Below are positions 63,274-64,000 of a DNA stretch of 64,000 nucleotides, piece after piece; within the stretch, counting starts at the first letter, position 1; every line of letters begins with the position of its first letter. The stretch comes from Cycas panzhihuaensis (Eukaryota; Plantae; Cycadophyta). The stretch is from assembly GCA_023213395.1 (NCBI GenBank), contig CM041465.1, forward strand, positions 103,361,741 through 103,425,740, in the 5' to 3' direction. The position numbers and the translations under genes are program-made. The notes beneath the pieces were generated by a model. The model was given only the letters and a program-made list of their open reading frames with translations. It was not told where the DNA came from and did no database searches.

Positions 63274-64000
63274 GTAGTTATTGCGGTGGATAACTGCGAG
63301 AACGTCGGCATGGTGATGTTGAATTACATCGAGATGATGTCTCAGGGGGACAAGGAGATCCTGCGGAGGTGTGGCCTATACAAGGCCTTAAAGACACCTC
63401 AGTTTGCATCTGATCAGAGACTTTTAGTTGACATAGTATCACATTGGGATAGGAGGAGGCACGTGTTCCACTTGCCGCAGGTAGGCGATGTGACAGTTAC
63501 GCCAAGGGACATCCGGCATATTCTGGGGGTACTGGTGAGTGGGAGGCCAGTGACATTAGGAGTGTTACCTAGCACTGAGGTAGCACACAAAGAGGCAGCC
63601 ACGTTCTTTATAGGGGCTGACAGGTGGGAGCGGAGAGGAGTTCCCCTCTAGACGATGCTGATGTCGAGGATTCCTTGGGTGAGAAAACTGATTACACTGT
63701 GTATTCTATTCTGGATTTCCCAAAAACAGAATTACAGAGAGATACCTGGAGGATGGATAGATGCAGTGCACTACTGCGAAGCCAGCGAGAGGATGGATTG
63801 GGCGACTATGATAACGACGAACCTCGTCGCACAGCTTGATGCCATCAGAGTGGCAGGAAGGCAGGACTCTCTTACAGCACGCTGTTGTAGTGCTAGTTCT
63901 TTGATCACTTTGTGGCAGTGGCACCAGTGGGGGGACCACACCCCATAGCAGAGTGGGCTCCGATGGTCCATAGATGGCAGACTCGACTGAGGGGGACAGA
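63274..64000 (+). pseudogene. Plant mobile domain (PMD, aminotransferase-like; MAIN/MAIL-related) coding region, with stops and a frameshift
   Basis: DQRLLVDIVSHWDRRRHVFHLPQVGDVTVTPRDIRHILGVLVSGRPV, then MDWATMITTNLVAQL, and after a frameshift near 63868 YSTLL*C*FFDHF (the LLQ.W..EHF motif). Confidence 0.85.

Larger units (their letters stand above)
58745..64000 (-). mobile_element. Younger Tat-like gypsy element G4: presumed 3' LTR and 3' internal region with aRH and antisense PMD; continues beyond the window
   Basis: Abrupt switch at TGTGAAAC (58745) from AT-rich copia to GC-richer, CpG-retaining sequence. Contains aRH and PMD domains. The inner LTR boundary is unresolved, and orientation is inferred from the aRH strand and LTR base skew. 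Confidence 0.7.

Overview
This window is AT-rich plant repeat DNA. A large seed-plant or gymnosperm-like genome is inferred from the Tekay and Tat elements and a plant mobile domain (PMD). It is almost entirely nested, decayed retrotransposons with pervasive C>T/G>A decay, and no intact host gene was found. Left to right: (1) a copia 3' half (246-1759) carrying an inverted LTR of its own family (1-245). (2) A ~10 kb Tekay-type gypsy chromovirus stretched to 36 kb (2075-38260) by nested insertions: copia C2 in its 5' LTR, copia C3 after RNase H, and copia C4 in integrase (TSD AAATT). C4 itself holds a truncated LTR element F, a minus-strand gypsy G2 (TSD TTCAA) and an internally deleted copia C5. 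(3) A near full-length L1-type LINE with RNase H, poly(A) and a candidate TSD (39542-45785). (4) Degraded gag and LTR remnants plus a presenilin gene fragment (48662-48868). (5) A minus-strand copia (55762-58744) interrupted by a younger, GC-richer Tat-like element. Its visible part carries a free-standing archaeal-type RNase H (minus strand) head-to-head with an apparently intron-containing PMD gene that has its own TATA box (plus strand). The most interesting items are this aRH/PMD module, two antisense copies of C4's own gag segment in its leader, an in-frame gag::RNase H fusion in C5, and the presenilin fragment. All calls come from reading and hand-translating the sequence. No searches were run, and boundaries marked ~ are approximate.
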